Below are positions 8,135 through 16,905 of a DNA stretch of 64,000 bases, in pieces. The notes beneath the pieces are model-generated. The model made no database searches. It was given only the letters and a program-made list of their open reading frames with translations, and had not been told where the DNA came from. This stretch comes from Gemmatimonadota bacterium. Lineage in GTDB: Bacteria > Latescibacterota > UBA2968 > UBA8231. The stretch lies in assembly GCA_038153405.1 (NCBI GenBank), contig JAYOYH010000001.1:96156-160155 (forward strand), written 5' to 3'. How positions within the stretch are numbered: position 1 is the first letter of the stretch; each line of letters opens with the position of its first letter. The translations under genes were made by a program, and so were the position numbers.

Positions 8135-9301
8135 TCAAGCCGGATGCAGGACGAGCAGCGGCGCTTCCGCTGGACAGCCCAGGCGAAAGGGCAGCCAGTG
8201 CCCGAGGCCCGAAGTCGTGTAGAGTTGACCGGCATCCTGGCGGTAATGCCCCCAAATATAGCGATCGGGTAGCAGCGAGTCGAAGAGGCTGCGACCGCCG
8301 ACGCCGATTTGGAAGCCGTGCGTATGTCCAGCCAGGGTCAGGTCGACGCCTAGAGGCGTCGCATAGTCAAAGGCCTGTGGGCGATGGCTGAGCAATAGGT
8401 TGAAGCTGTCGGTTGGCGCTCCCTCCATGGCTTGCTCTACCGATGAGCGCAGATAGGCATGCGATTCGGGGCTATTTAAATAGCGCGGGTCATCGGCTGC
8501 GGCAACGTGCAAGTTCACATCGCCCACTGCGATAGACCTACCCTCGTTGACTAAGAGCGGTAGCGATGTCTGGGCGAAGAGCGTGCGCACGCGGCGTATG
8601 CCGCGGTGGTACTCGTGGTTGCCGAGCGAACAGTAGGTTCCCAAGCGCGTGGGAAAGGCGTCGAGCAGGCGCAGTGCGCTCAGATAGTCCGGCATGTGAT
8701 CGCACAGATCACCGGTGATCAGCAGGAGATCTGGGCGCAGCCTCTCGCCGCGCAGAAGCACCTCCTCTAGGTCGTCTAGGCCGACGTAAGGGCCAATGTG
8801 GATATCGCTGATATGCAGAATGCGCAGCCCGTGCAGTGGGCGGGGTAGGTCGGTGAAATAGAGGTCGACCTGTGGCATGGTGACCGGAGCGCCGGACCGC
8901 GCTAAACCACAGGAGACGCCGCCCATGCCCGCTGCGGGTACGGCGACGAGCACGCGATTAAAAAAGGCCCGCCGCGCAGGCGAAAGAGGCGGAGTTAGAC
9001 GCTGGCGAATTGACCGTGCAAGCAGGAGCGGAGCCGCTGCGAGCAAGGCGATGAGTAGGCCGCCGAGGTAGAGGAAAAGGGCGACCAGAACGCTCCAGCC
9101 AATAGCCTGTGCACCATAGAGTGGGCTGGTGCGACCGACGATCCACAGCGCGCCGCTGAGCAAGGCAATCGGCAATTGGCCGTAGAGCGCATAGCGCAAC
9201 CAGCGGTGTTCCCACCAACTGCGATAGAGCGAACGCAATAGGGCTAAATCGAGGGCCAAGACGAGTGCATAGAGTCCGAAAAAGGTCAGAACAAAGCGCA
9301 T
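8135..9301 (-). CDS. Membrane-anchored metallophosphoesterase (YkuE/YaeI-like)
   Basis: ISDIH, TGDLCD, LGNHEY, LSHRP, AGHTHG motifs; N-terminal TMs. Confidence 0.9.
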   Translation of the reverse strand: MRFVLTFFGLYALVLALDLALLRSLYRSWWEHRWLRYALYGQLPIALLSGALWIVGRTSPLYGAQAIGWSVLVALFLYLGGLLIALLAAAPLLLARSIRQRLTPPLSPARRAFFNRVLVAVPAAGMGGVSCGLARSGAPVTMPQVDLYFTDLPRPLHGLRILHISDIHIGPYVGLDDLEEVLLRGERLRPDLLLITGDLCDHMPDYLSALRLLDAFPTRLGTYCSLGNHEYHRGIRRVRTLFAQTSLPLLVNEGRSIAVGDVNLHVAAADDPRYLNSPESHAYLRSSVEQAMEGAPTDSFNLLLSHRPQAFDYATPLGVDLTLAGHTHGFQIGVGGRSLFDSLLPDRYIWGHYRQDAGQLYTTSGLGHWLPFRLGCPAEAPLLVLHPA

Positions 9302-9568
9302 GGCCTATGGCATTTGATTGGAGAATAGAGATATTTTATCGCAGCGCACCGCGCGCCGTTTCGTATAGGGTATGCATAATCGCGCCGATGGCAAGGGGGC
9401 AAGGCGGGACAATTGATTAACCTGCGGTACCATGGTCCAATTTGCCAGATTTTTTGCAGTGGCGAATGGGGAGATTTTTATGTTTTTTTTGTTAAAACAA
9501 ACCGATAGAAGGCGTTTACCCAAGTCGGAAGTGCGCAGTAAATAGCGCACCTAGATTGCCATCGATAA

Positions 9569-12247
9569 ATGAGCACAGAAACGCGCGGAGAAGAAGGCGA
9601 AGAGCGAGTACTACACGATCTCGAAGTGCTCGGAGAGTCCAAGCGCATCGAAGGGGTCGATGTGTTTGCCGATCTCGGCGCATTGGGGTCGGTAGATGAT
9701 CGGCTGCACATAACGGCCGATGGACTCGTCGCGCGCCTGTGGCGCATCGACGCCGGCTCGACGCGTGCCGATATCGATGCGCTGCTGCAGCACATGGGGG
9801 TATCCAACGGGATTGATGAGGAAGCACTTGACCGGGCCCTGATTAGTGCGCAGCGCGGTCAAGTGCAGATTGGTCTGGTCGTTGCGCGCGGAACACCGGC
9901 AGGTATTATCGCGCCGGCACGCGCAATTTACCATCCGGGCTTAGAAGGCGAAGAAGCGCACTTTGCCGAGTTTCTGCAGAGACTGCAAGGGCCGTCCCTG
10001 CACAGCGTGTTTGACGGAGATTTCGAGGCGGTTGTCGTAGCGCCCGAATTGATGCTGGCCGAGTGGCTGCAGGCGCGCTACAGGCCGGGACTCACCGTGC
10101 GCGGCCAGCCGTTCTATCCGCCGGTGTCGGGCGCTACGGCGTTTCAGCCGGGTAGTGGGGCACGCAAAAGCGAAGATGGTAAACAGTGCCTGAGCGCCCA
10201 CTACGGATATGCTGGATTGATCGATGGGCGCATTCACGTCGTTCCGCCGCTCTGGTTTTCACCGGACCGCTCAGAAGTACACTTAGTACACCTGCCGTCT
10301 AAGTTTTTAGAACCACCCCCGAGTCAACAGAATCTATTGGACGCCTTGCGCGCGGCGGGTATCGAGCGCGGAATTGACATGGCCGCAGTCGAGGAAGCCT
10401 GCCGGCGGATTGCCGATGGGGCGGAGCCCTTTTCCCTCTGTCTTGCGCGCTCGCTTCTGGCCGAACTGATGCTTGAGTCGGAGGTTCACTACACCTTCAA
10501 CCGCTTGTACCTGCTGAGTTGGAACCAGTGGTTGGGCCTGTTGAACAGCGAAAATTTGGCGCAAATACGCGAATCGCTCGACCTGCTGCTGCGCGATGAC
10601 GAACTTTGCTGTCCGCTCAAACGGCGCGGGGATGTGCTGGGAGAAAAGGTGGATAGGACGGATGCAGAGAGCGAATGGGGCGAAGTGGGCAAACACGTTG
10701 CGATTAGCGACGACGGCTTTTCTGCTACGGCCGATATGGCCGGTTACGTATGCCTGCGCGGGGTTCGCATTGAAGTGATACCTCCCGTCTGGGTAGCCCC
10801 CGATGCCAGTGCGGCCTACTTCATCAACTTGCCCCAGGGCGACGAGCCCTATTACCCTCAGGCCGAGGAGATCAAAGAGGTCCTCGACCTAGTCGGCGTG
10901 AAGTATGGATTTCGCGATAGCGATTGGTTCGCTGCACGGGATGCACTGGCCATTGGCCAAGATTTGCCACCGCTCATTCCAATCGCATTAGCCAGTTCGC
11001 CTTCGGAGAGCCGCGATGCCGCCTTTGAATGGGCCATTGATATCGAGGGCGATCGCGTCGGTAAAATTCTCGAAGATGGGTCGATTGATTTTCGCCAGCG
11101 CAGCCGTGCCCCGGCCGTTTCCGAGGGCGATCTCATCGGCACATTTACCCCGCCGAGTGCTGGGGCACCGGGGCGCGATGTATTGGGGCGCGATATTCCC
11201 GCAATGCGGCCTCAGCGAGTCGATGTGATTGCCGGCGCGCATGTCCGAGAAGAAGTCCAGGGCGACATCGTGCGTTATTATGCGGAGCAGGGGGGTGAGG
11301 TCATTAGCGATAACCAAATGCAGGTTTCGCGCAATCGCACCCTGCGCCGCCTGCGTCTGAGTGTTTCACAGGTGGTAAACGTCGACGGCGATGTCGATTA
11401 TTCTACCGGCAATATCGACTTCAGCGGCGATGTTGTCATCCGCGGTTCGGTGCAGTCGCTCTTTTCCGTGCGCGCAGAGGGCTCGGTCCACATCAGTGGC
11501 TACATTGAAGACGGTGCTGTAGTCTCGGCAGGAAAGGACATTATGGTTGGCGGCGGCGTTCTCGGCGCGGCGACACAGGTCGAAGCCGGTGGCTCGCTAT
11601 GGGTCAAATTTGCGCAGGAGGCCAATATTCGCGCAGGAGGAGACGTGCGCGTAGGATCCTATATTTTCAACGCGTCGGTGCGCGCTAGCGGCAGAGTAAT
11701 CGTGCTGGGACGCGGAGAGGGCAAGGCGCGCGCCCTCGTTGGTGGACTCGTGTGGGGTGGTCAGGGCATCGAGACGCTATCGGTGGGCTCGCCCTATAAC
11801 TCGGTTACGCGGTTGGTCAGCGGCGTCGATTTTCTCCAGGTAGAGCGCATGGAATCGCTGCGCAGCGCACTCTATACCTGCGAGGAGCGCATGCAGCAGC
11901 ACATGAAGAAACTCGATATCACAACACTTGATATCGAGCTAATTCGCGCGCGATTACAGCGTCGAACTTCTCCGAAGAATCGCCGGTTGATCCTCGCTTC
12001 CGTCAAGCGTTTGGCGCGGTTGAACGAGCGTCGGGAAGCGCTGCAGGAGGAGATGGATGCGATCGTTAAGGAACAACGCCAACTAGCGCGCCTGGCCCGC
12101 ATCGTCGTGCGCGGCACGCTGTTTTCCGGCGTAGAGGTACGACTGGGAGAGACCGTAACTACCTTTGGCGATGAGCGCACGCGCCTGCAGATGCGCCTCG
12201 TCGAAAAGGAGGGTACTATGCAAATCGTGGAGAGGCCGGTGTCCTGA
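9569..12247 (+). CDS. FapA/DUF342-family protein with expanded N-terminus
   Basis: DGSIDFR, VDGDVDYSTGNIDFSGDVVIRGSV, beta-helix repeats, C-terminal coiled coil. Confidence 0.85.
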   Translation: MSTETRGEEGEERVLHDLEVLGESKRIEGVDVFADLGALGSVDDRLHITADGLVARLWRIDAGSTRADIDALLQHMGVSNGIDEEALDRALISAQRGQVQIGLVVARGTPAGIIAPARAIYHPGLEGEEAHFAEFLQRLQGPSLHSVFDGDFEAVVVAPELMLAEWLQARYRPGLTVRGQPFYPPVSGATAFQPGSGARKSEDGKQCLSAHYGYAGLIDGRIHVVPPLWFSPDRSEVHLVHLPSKFLEPPPSQQNLLDALRAAGIERGIDMAAVEEACRRIADGAEPFSLCLARSLLAELMLESEVHYTFNRLYLLSWNQWLGLLNSENLAQIRESLDLLLRDDELCCPLKRRGDVLGEKVDRTDAESEWGEVGKHVAISDDGFSATADMAGYVCLRGVRIEVIPPVWVAPDASAAYFINLPQGDEPYYPQAEEIKEVLDLVGVKYGFRDSDWFAARDALAIGQDLPPLIPIALASSPSESRDAAFEWAIDIEGDRVGKILEDGSIDFRQRSRAPAVSEGDLIGTFTPPSAGAPGRDVLGRDIPAMRPQRVDVIAGAHVREEVQGDIVRYYAEQGGEVISDNQMQVSRNRTLRRLRLSVSQVVNVDGDVDYSTGNIDFSGDVVIRGSVQSLFSVRAEGSVHISGYIEDGAVVSAGKDIMVGGGVLGAATQVEAGGSLWVKFAQEANIRAGGDVRVGSYIFNASVRASGRVIVLGRGEGKARALVGGLVWGGQGIETLSVGSPYNSVTRLVSGVDFLQVERMESLRSALYTCEERMQQHMKKLDITTLDIELIRARLQRRTSPKNRRLILASVKRLARLNERREALQEEMDAIVKEQRQLARLARIVVRGTLFSGVEVRLGETVTTFGDERTRLQMRLVEKEGTMQIVERPVS

Positions 12248-12333
12248 GCACAGCGGGGCGATTGACCGGCGCTTGCTACTTGCATAGCGTATAGATCCAG
12301 ACGGCAGAAAACACATTGTAGAAAGGTGGACGG

Positions 12334-13347
12334 ATGGCAACTTCAACGAACATTCGATGCGGCGTCGTAGGCTACGGCGGCGCGTTCAATATGGGACAGA
12401 CGCACCTCAATTCGATGGCGCGCAATCGCCGTATGGAAGTAGCGGCCGTATGCGAGTTGGACCCAGATCGGCGCAAGGTCGCCGAGAGCGATTTTCCCGG
12501 CATTGAAACGTATGCCAAGGTTGGTGATTTATTAAAAAACGCCGCTTTGGATTTGGTCACCATCATCACGCCGCACAATACGCACGCACCGCTGGCCATA
12601 GAATGCTTGAACGCCGGCGTCAACGTGGTATGCGAAAAGCCGCTGGCCATAACGAGTCGAGAAGTCAAGGATATGATCGCTGCGGCCAAGCGCAACAAGG
12701 TCATGCTGTCGACCTTTCACAACCGGCGCTGGGACGGCGACTTCCAAACGCTGCGCGATCTGATCTGCAAAGAGAAGGCGATCGGTCGCGTGCACCGCGT
12801 AGAAGCTGGTTTTTACGGCTACGGTCCCCAGGGCACCTGGTGGCGTTCGGACCGGAAGATCTCGGGCGGCGCCATCTACGATTGGGGGGCGCACTTCACC
12901 GATTGGATTCTCAATATTATGCCCGAAAAGATCGACTGGGTCAGCGGCTATCAAGTCAAGCATCGCGACTGGAAAGGCTACAGCAACGAGGATCATTCCG
13001 AATACAGTCTGCGCTTTGCCAGCGGAGCCTTGGCGACGCTGACCATATCCAACCTATCGATGAGCGGTCGTCCGCGCTGGCGCGTGCTGGGCGAGCGCGG
13101 TTCCATCGAAGATATCGGCGGCAAATTCCAGCTGAAGACCGCCATTAACGGTAGGCAAATGAGCGCGGAGGTGCCCTTTGCCCAGTCGAATTGGCACGCC
13201 TATTACGAGAATGTCTACAAGCATCTGCTGGGCAGGGCCAAGCTGATTATTACGCCCGATTCGGCGGCGCGCGTGATCGGCGTGCTGGAGGCGGCCAACC
13301 AATCGGCGGCGCGCAATTCAGCTCCCGTAAAGCCCGCCTTTGTTTAA
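12334..13347 (+). CDS. Gfo/Idh/MocA-family oxidoreductase
   Basis: GVVGYG, VVCEKP, FHNRRWD, GGAIYDWGAH. Confidence 0.9.
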   Translation: MATSTNIRCGVVGYGGAFNMGQTHLNSMARNRRMEVAAVCELDPDRRKVAESDFPGIETYAKVGDLLKNAALDLVTIITPHNTHAPLAIECLNAGVNVVCEKPLAITSREVKDMIAAAKRNKVMLSTFHNRRWDGDFQTLRDLICKEKAIGRVHRVEAGFYGYGPQGTWWRSDRKISGGAIYDWGAHFTDWILNIMPEKIDWVSGYQVKHRDWKGYSNEDHSEYSLRFASGALATLTISNLSMSGRPRWRVLGERGSIEDIGGKFQLKTAINGRQMSAEVPFAQSNWHAYYENVYKHLLGRAKLIITPDSAARVIGVLEAANQSAARNSAPVKPAFV

Positions 13348-13350
13348 TCC

Positions 13351-13674
13351 GTGCATTCACTCGATGCACAACAGGGCGCCGCGCTGTCGTCGCTGCTGGC
13401 CGTCGGCTGTCGCTCGGGCGATACAGTCGTGGGTCTGTCCAGCGTGCGACGCAGCGCGCGCCTGGCCTACGTATTTGCCGACAGTCAACTGGCTGAGCGC
13501 ACGCTGAGGGAATTGGCCGAGTGGGAGGAAACGGGCACGCGCGTCTTTGTTCTCGACGACTTTGCGTCGCTGACGCAGACCTTCGGGCGCAGTGATGCGC
13601 GCGTGGTCGGCGTGGCCATCGGCTCGTTGGCCAACGGCATCGCTGGTCGTTTGGAGCTTATGCCAGGCGTTTAG
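13351..13674 (+). CDS. L7Ae/L30e (YlxQ-like) family small RNA-binding protein
   Basis: SLLAVGCRSGDTVVG..SVRR, LAERTLREL, LTQTFGR..RVVGV resemble the L7Ae pattern. Confidence 0.5.
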   Translation: MHSLDAQQGAALSSLLAVGCRSGDTVVGLSSVRRSARLAYVFADSQLAERTLRELAEWEETGTRVFVLDDFASLTQTFGRSDARVVGVAIGSLANGIAGRLELMPGV

Positions 13675-13713
13675 CGCGTCCCCATTTACTATTTTTTCGA
13701 GGAGATTGGTCTG

Positions 13714-14460
13714 GTGATTTTAGCGGAAATGACTTCGCCCGAAATCGACGCCCTATCGCGCGATATCGTCGTGCTTATGCCGGTTGCCTCATGCGAGCAG
13801 CACAGCCTGCACCTGCCCGTTTTTACCGATTCCATGATTGGCGGCGAGGTGGCGCGCCGAGTGCACCTGTTGGTGCCCGACGACGTGCTGGTTTTACCGG
13901 TGCAGTGGCTGGGCTATTCTCAACACCACATCCGCTACCCGGGGACGATCAGCGCTATTTCCGAGACCCACTTGCTATTGATGATGGATATTGTCGCTTC
14001 GGTCGTTGGATACGGGTTTAAAAAAATCCTCATACAGAATAGCCACGGAGGCAACGGTGCCAATATTTCCGTATTGCTGCAGCGCCTGATGGAGCGCTAC
14101 GGCGATGTCGGCATCGAGTTTTACAGCCGCTGGGCCTGGGCCGGCAACGACGCGCTCAATGCGATACGCGAACTGGGCAACGCCGGTTCGGGACATGCCG
14201 GCGAGACGGAGACCTCAATGGTGCTGGCTATGCGTCCGGATCTAGTGCGTAGCGATCGGTTGGATGCCGACGGCGAGCGTCCCGGCATGCGCGTGAGCGG
14301 CGTGGCATCGTATCACCGCTTTGATCAGCGCACGCAGCACGGCGGCGTCGGTGACCCGCGACCGGCCACGGCAGAAAAGGGTGAGCGGCTTTTGCAGGCT
14401 TCGGCAGAAGAGGTCGCTTCCCACGTGCGCGAAATTCGAGCGCTGCGGCCGTTTGGTTAG
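13714..14460 (+). CDS. Creatininase-family amidohydrolase
   Basis: EQHSLHLP.FTD, SQHH..YPGT, NSHGGN, HAGETETS. Confidence 0.9.
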   Translation: MILAEMTSPEIDALSRDIVVLMPVASCEQHSLHLPVFTDSMIGGEVARRVHLLVPDDVLVLPVQWLGYSQHHIRYPGTISAISETHLLLMMDIVASVVGYGFKKILIQNSHGGNGANISVLLQRLMERYGDVGIEFYSRWAWAGNDALNAIRELGNAGSGHAGETETSMVLAMRPDLVRSDRLDADGERPGMRVSGVASYHRFDQRTQHGGVGDPRPATAEKGERLLQASAEEVASHVREIRALRPFG

Positions 14461-14472
14461 CGCGGCGCCTGT

Positions 14473-14501
14473 TTGACAGCAGAACGGAGGCCCCCTACTT
14501 T
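14473..14501 (+). promoter_or_regulatory. Sigma70-type promoter of the ABC exporter operon
   Basis: TTGACA (14473-14478), 17 nt, TACTTT (14496-14501). Confidence 0.6.
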
Positions 14502-14503
14502 GC

Positions 14504-14643
14504 GACTGCCTTTCCACGGGCCGTGGAAAGTGCGGTTATCGGACTCCTTGCGATCTCTCACCTTTTGACTGGGCTACCGAGAGCGCCACGTCTCGGCCCC
14601 TTCCCTGCACGCCGCCTTGGCATCGCTGATGCGCGGCCTTTTT
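14504..14643 (+). promoter_or_regulatory. Structured 5' leader with terminator-like hairpin
   Basis: CTTTCCACGG-G-CCGTGGAAAG (14510-14530); CCGAGA..TCTCGG (14577-14596); GCCGC(cttg)GCATC-gct-GATGC GCGGC then TTTTT (14611-14643). Confidence 0.45.
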
Positions 14644-14651
14644 GATGAGCC

Positions 14652-16904
14652 ATGGCAGATAGCAGCGGCGACTTTCGTCTGCTCGAACCAATTGACCACA
14701 GCGTAGAACAGCGTATCGGCGCGGTCATACCGGTGGATGAAGATGTGCTTATCCGCGTCTTCTCTGACCTGACGGCCGACGGCGTTTATGGCCCACAGTG
14801 GGTTTTCGTCACGGCAAAGCGCGTGGTTGTCGCCGCGGAAAAAAGCGATCGCGCTCCGTTTGACGTACCTATCGAAGGCATCCGTCTTGCCCGCACAGAA
14901 CCGCTGGTCGGCGGCGGCCGTCTGGAAATTGAGTGCCGCGATAGCGCGGACCTGCACATTCCCTACTCCAATTCTCTAGCTGGAAAGTTTTCCGAAGTAG
15001 CGCGCGGTATAGAACAGCTGCGCAAGGGCGAGTCGTTCTATATCAATCCCCGCTTGGACCGCACGCGCTGCGAGAAGTGTCAGCGCCTGCTGCCGGAGAA
15101 AAACGGCATTTGTCCAGCCTGCGTGCGTCGCCTCGAAACGCTGGGTCGCATCGTTTCTTTCCTTACCCCCTACAAGCGTCGCGCCGCAGTGCTGGCGGCG
15201 GCCTCCGTTGCCACGACCGCAGCCGAGCTGCTGCCGCCGCTGGTGCAGCGCGAACTGGTCGATGGCGTACTCGTGCTACCCGAGGACCACGGGGTGCTGC
15301 TCGAAGATCGCTTTGCCATGCTCGGTTGGCTGGTGTTGGCCATGGTTGTCGTGCGCGCTCTGAGCTGGCTTTCCAGTATGCTGCACCACTGGGTCGTATC
15401 CTGGCTTAGTGCGCGCGTGACGGCCGATATTCGCGCCGAGCTCTATCGTCGCTTGGAAATGCTCTCGCTGCAGTTTTACGACAAGCGCCAGGTCGGCGGT
15501 CTCATTTCGCGCGTAACGCGCGATTCGAGCATGCTGCAGCAGTTCTTAGTCGACGGACTGCCGTATATGATCATCAATTTCCTGACGATCATCGGCATTA
15601 TCGGCTTTCTATTTAGCATGAGCGTCAAAATTACGCTGCTCATTCTGCTGCCAGTCCCCTTTATCGCAATCTGGAGCTTTCTGTTCTGGCGCTATATGCG
15701 CAATATCTTCAATAAATACGGCCAGAGCTGGTCGCAGCTGGGATCGCGACTGAACGAAGCGCTGCACGGCATTCGCGTGGTGAAGGCCTTTGCTCAGGAA
15801 GAGCGTGAGATCGCCGCGTTTGACAAGCGCAACGACGAATTGGGCGATATAAGTCGTCGTTCGGGGCGCATGTGGCTCATCATGTGGTCAACCATGGAGT
15901 TGGTGACCGGCGCGGGCATTCTGATCGTGTGGTACTTTGGCGGTGGCGAAGTGCTGGGGGAGCGCCTTAGCATCGGCACGCTGCTGGCCATCTACTCTTA
16001 TATGTGGATGGTCTACGGACCGCTGGAGTGGATGGCGCAGGTCAATTCGTGGATGACGCGCGCCTTTGCTGGTGCTGAGCGCATCTTTGAAGTGATTGAC
16101 GCACCGCCCGAATCGTACGAGGATCCCGATGCGCTGGCTATGCCGTCCTGTGTTGGCCGCGTGCACTTTGACGGCGTGACCTTTGGCTACGACAAGAGCA
16201 AGCCCGTGCTGCACGATATCCAGCTCGACGTCGAGCCGGGCGAAATGATCGGTCTGGTCGGGCGCTCTGGCGTCGGCAAGACGACGACGGTCAATCTGGT
16301 CGCGCGCTTTTACGATGTGGACCGAGGGACGCTGAGTATTGACGGCGTCGATATTCGCCGCATCCGCCTGTCCGATTTGCGCCGGCAAATTGGCATCGTG
16401 CCGCAGGACCCCGTGCTGTTCTCCGGCACGATTGCCGAGAATATCAGCTACGGCCGCCCCGGCGCAAGCCTGTCCGAGGTGATGGAAGCGGCGCGGGCGG
16501 CCAATGCACACGGCTTTATCACCGCCAAAGCGGATGGCTACGACACGGCGGTAGGGGAGCGCGGCGCAGGCCTTTCCGGCGGCGAACGCCAGCGCATTGC
16601 CATTGCGCGCGCCATCCTCCACGATCCGAAAATCTTAATTCTCGACGAGGCAACTTCTTCGGTGGACGTGCAGACGGAAAAACAGATACAAGAGTCGATT
16701 GCCCACTTGGTAAAAGGCCGCACGACCTTTGCCATTGCCCACCGCCTTTCCACGCTGCGCAACGCCGATCGCCTAGTGGTCCTAGAGGCGGGGCGGGTCG
16801 TGGAAATGGGCACGCACGAGGAACTCGTGGCGCGCGGAGGACACTTTGCCGAGCTGGTCGAACTCCAACGCGCCGTTGCGGAAATCATCGCGGTTAAGGA
16901 TTGA
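14652..16904 (+). CDS. ABC exporter (TMD+NBD) with N-terminal extension and CxxC-x10-CPxC Zn ribbon, subunit 1
   Basis: GRSGVGKTT, LSGGERQR, ILDEATSS, AHRLST; RCEKC...GICPAC. Confidence 0.9.
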   Translation: MADSSGDFRLLEPIDHSVEQRIGAVIPVDEDVLIRVFSDLTADGVYGPQWVFVTAKRVVVAAEKSDRAPFDVPIEGIRLARTEPLVGGGRLEIECRDSADLHIPYSNSLAGKFSEVARGIEQLRKGESFYINPRLDRTRCEKCQRLLPEKNGICPACVRRLETLGRIVSFLTPYKRRAAVLAAASVATTAAELLPPLVQRELVDGVLVLPEDHGVLLEDRFAMLGWLVLAMVVVRALSWLSSMLHHWVVSWLSARVTADIRAELYRRLEMLSLQFYDKRQVGGLISRVTRDSSMLQQFLVDGLPYMIINFLTIIGIIGFLFSMSVKITLLILLPVPFIAIWSFLFWRYMRNIFNKYGQSWSQLGSRLNEALHGIRVVKAFAQEEREIAAFDKRNDELGDISRRSGRMWLIMWSTMELVTGAGILIVWYFGGGEVLGERLSIGTLLAIYSYMWMVYGPLEWMAQVNSWMTRAFAGAERIFEVIDAPPESYEDPDALAMPSCVGRVHFDGVTFGYDKSKPVLHDIQLDVEPGEMIGLVGRSGVGKTTTVNLVARFYDVDRGTLSIDGVDIRRIRLSDLRRQIGIVPQDPVLFSGTIAENISYGRPGASLSEVMEAARAANAHGFITAKADGYDTAVGERGAGLSGGERQRIAIARAILHDPKILILDEATSSVDVQTEKQIQESIAHLVKGRTTFAIAHRLSTLRNADRLVVLEAGRVVEMGTHEELVARGGHFAELVELQRAVAEIIAVKD

Positions 16905-16905
16905 A

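Noticed and set aside
9480..9568. Sigma28 promoter for the FapA-like gene (ACCGATAG, ATCGATAA)
   Set aside because: TAAA is not at the expected spacing of about 15 nt from either candidate -10 box.
14523..14645. 40-codon GTG uORF in the ABC leader
   Set aside because: No SD, the start is buried in a hairpin, and there is no biased codon run.
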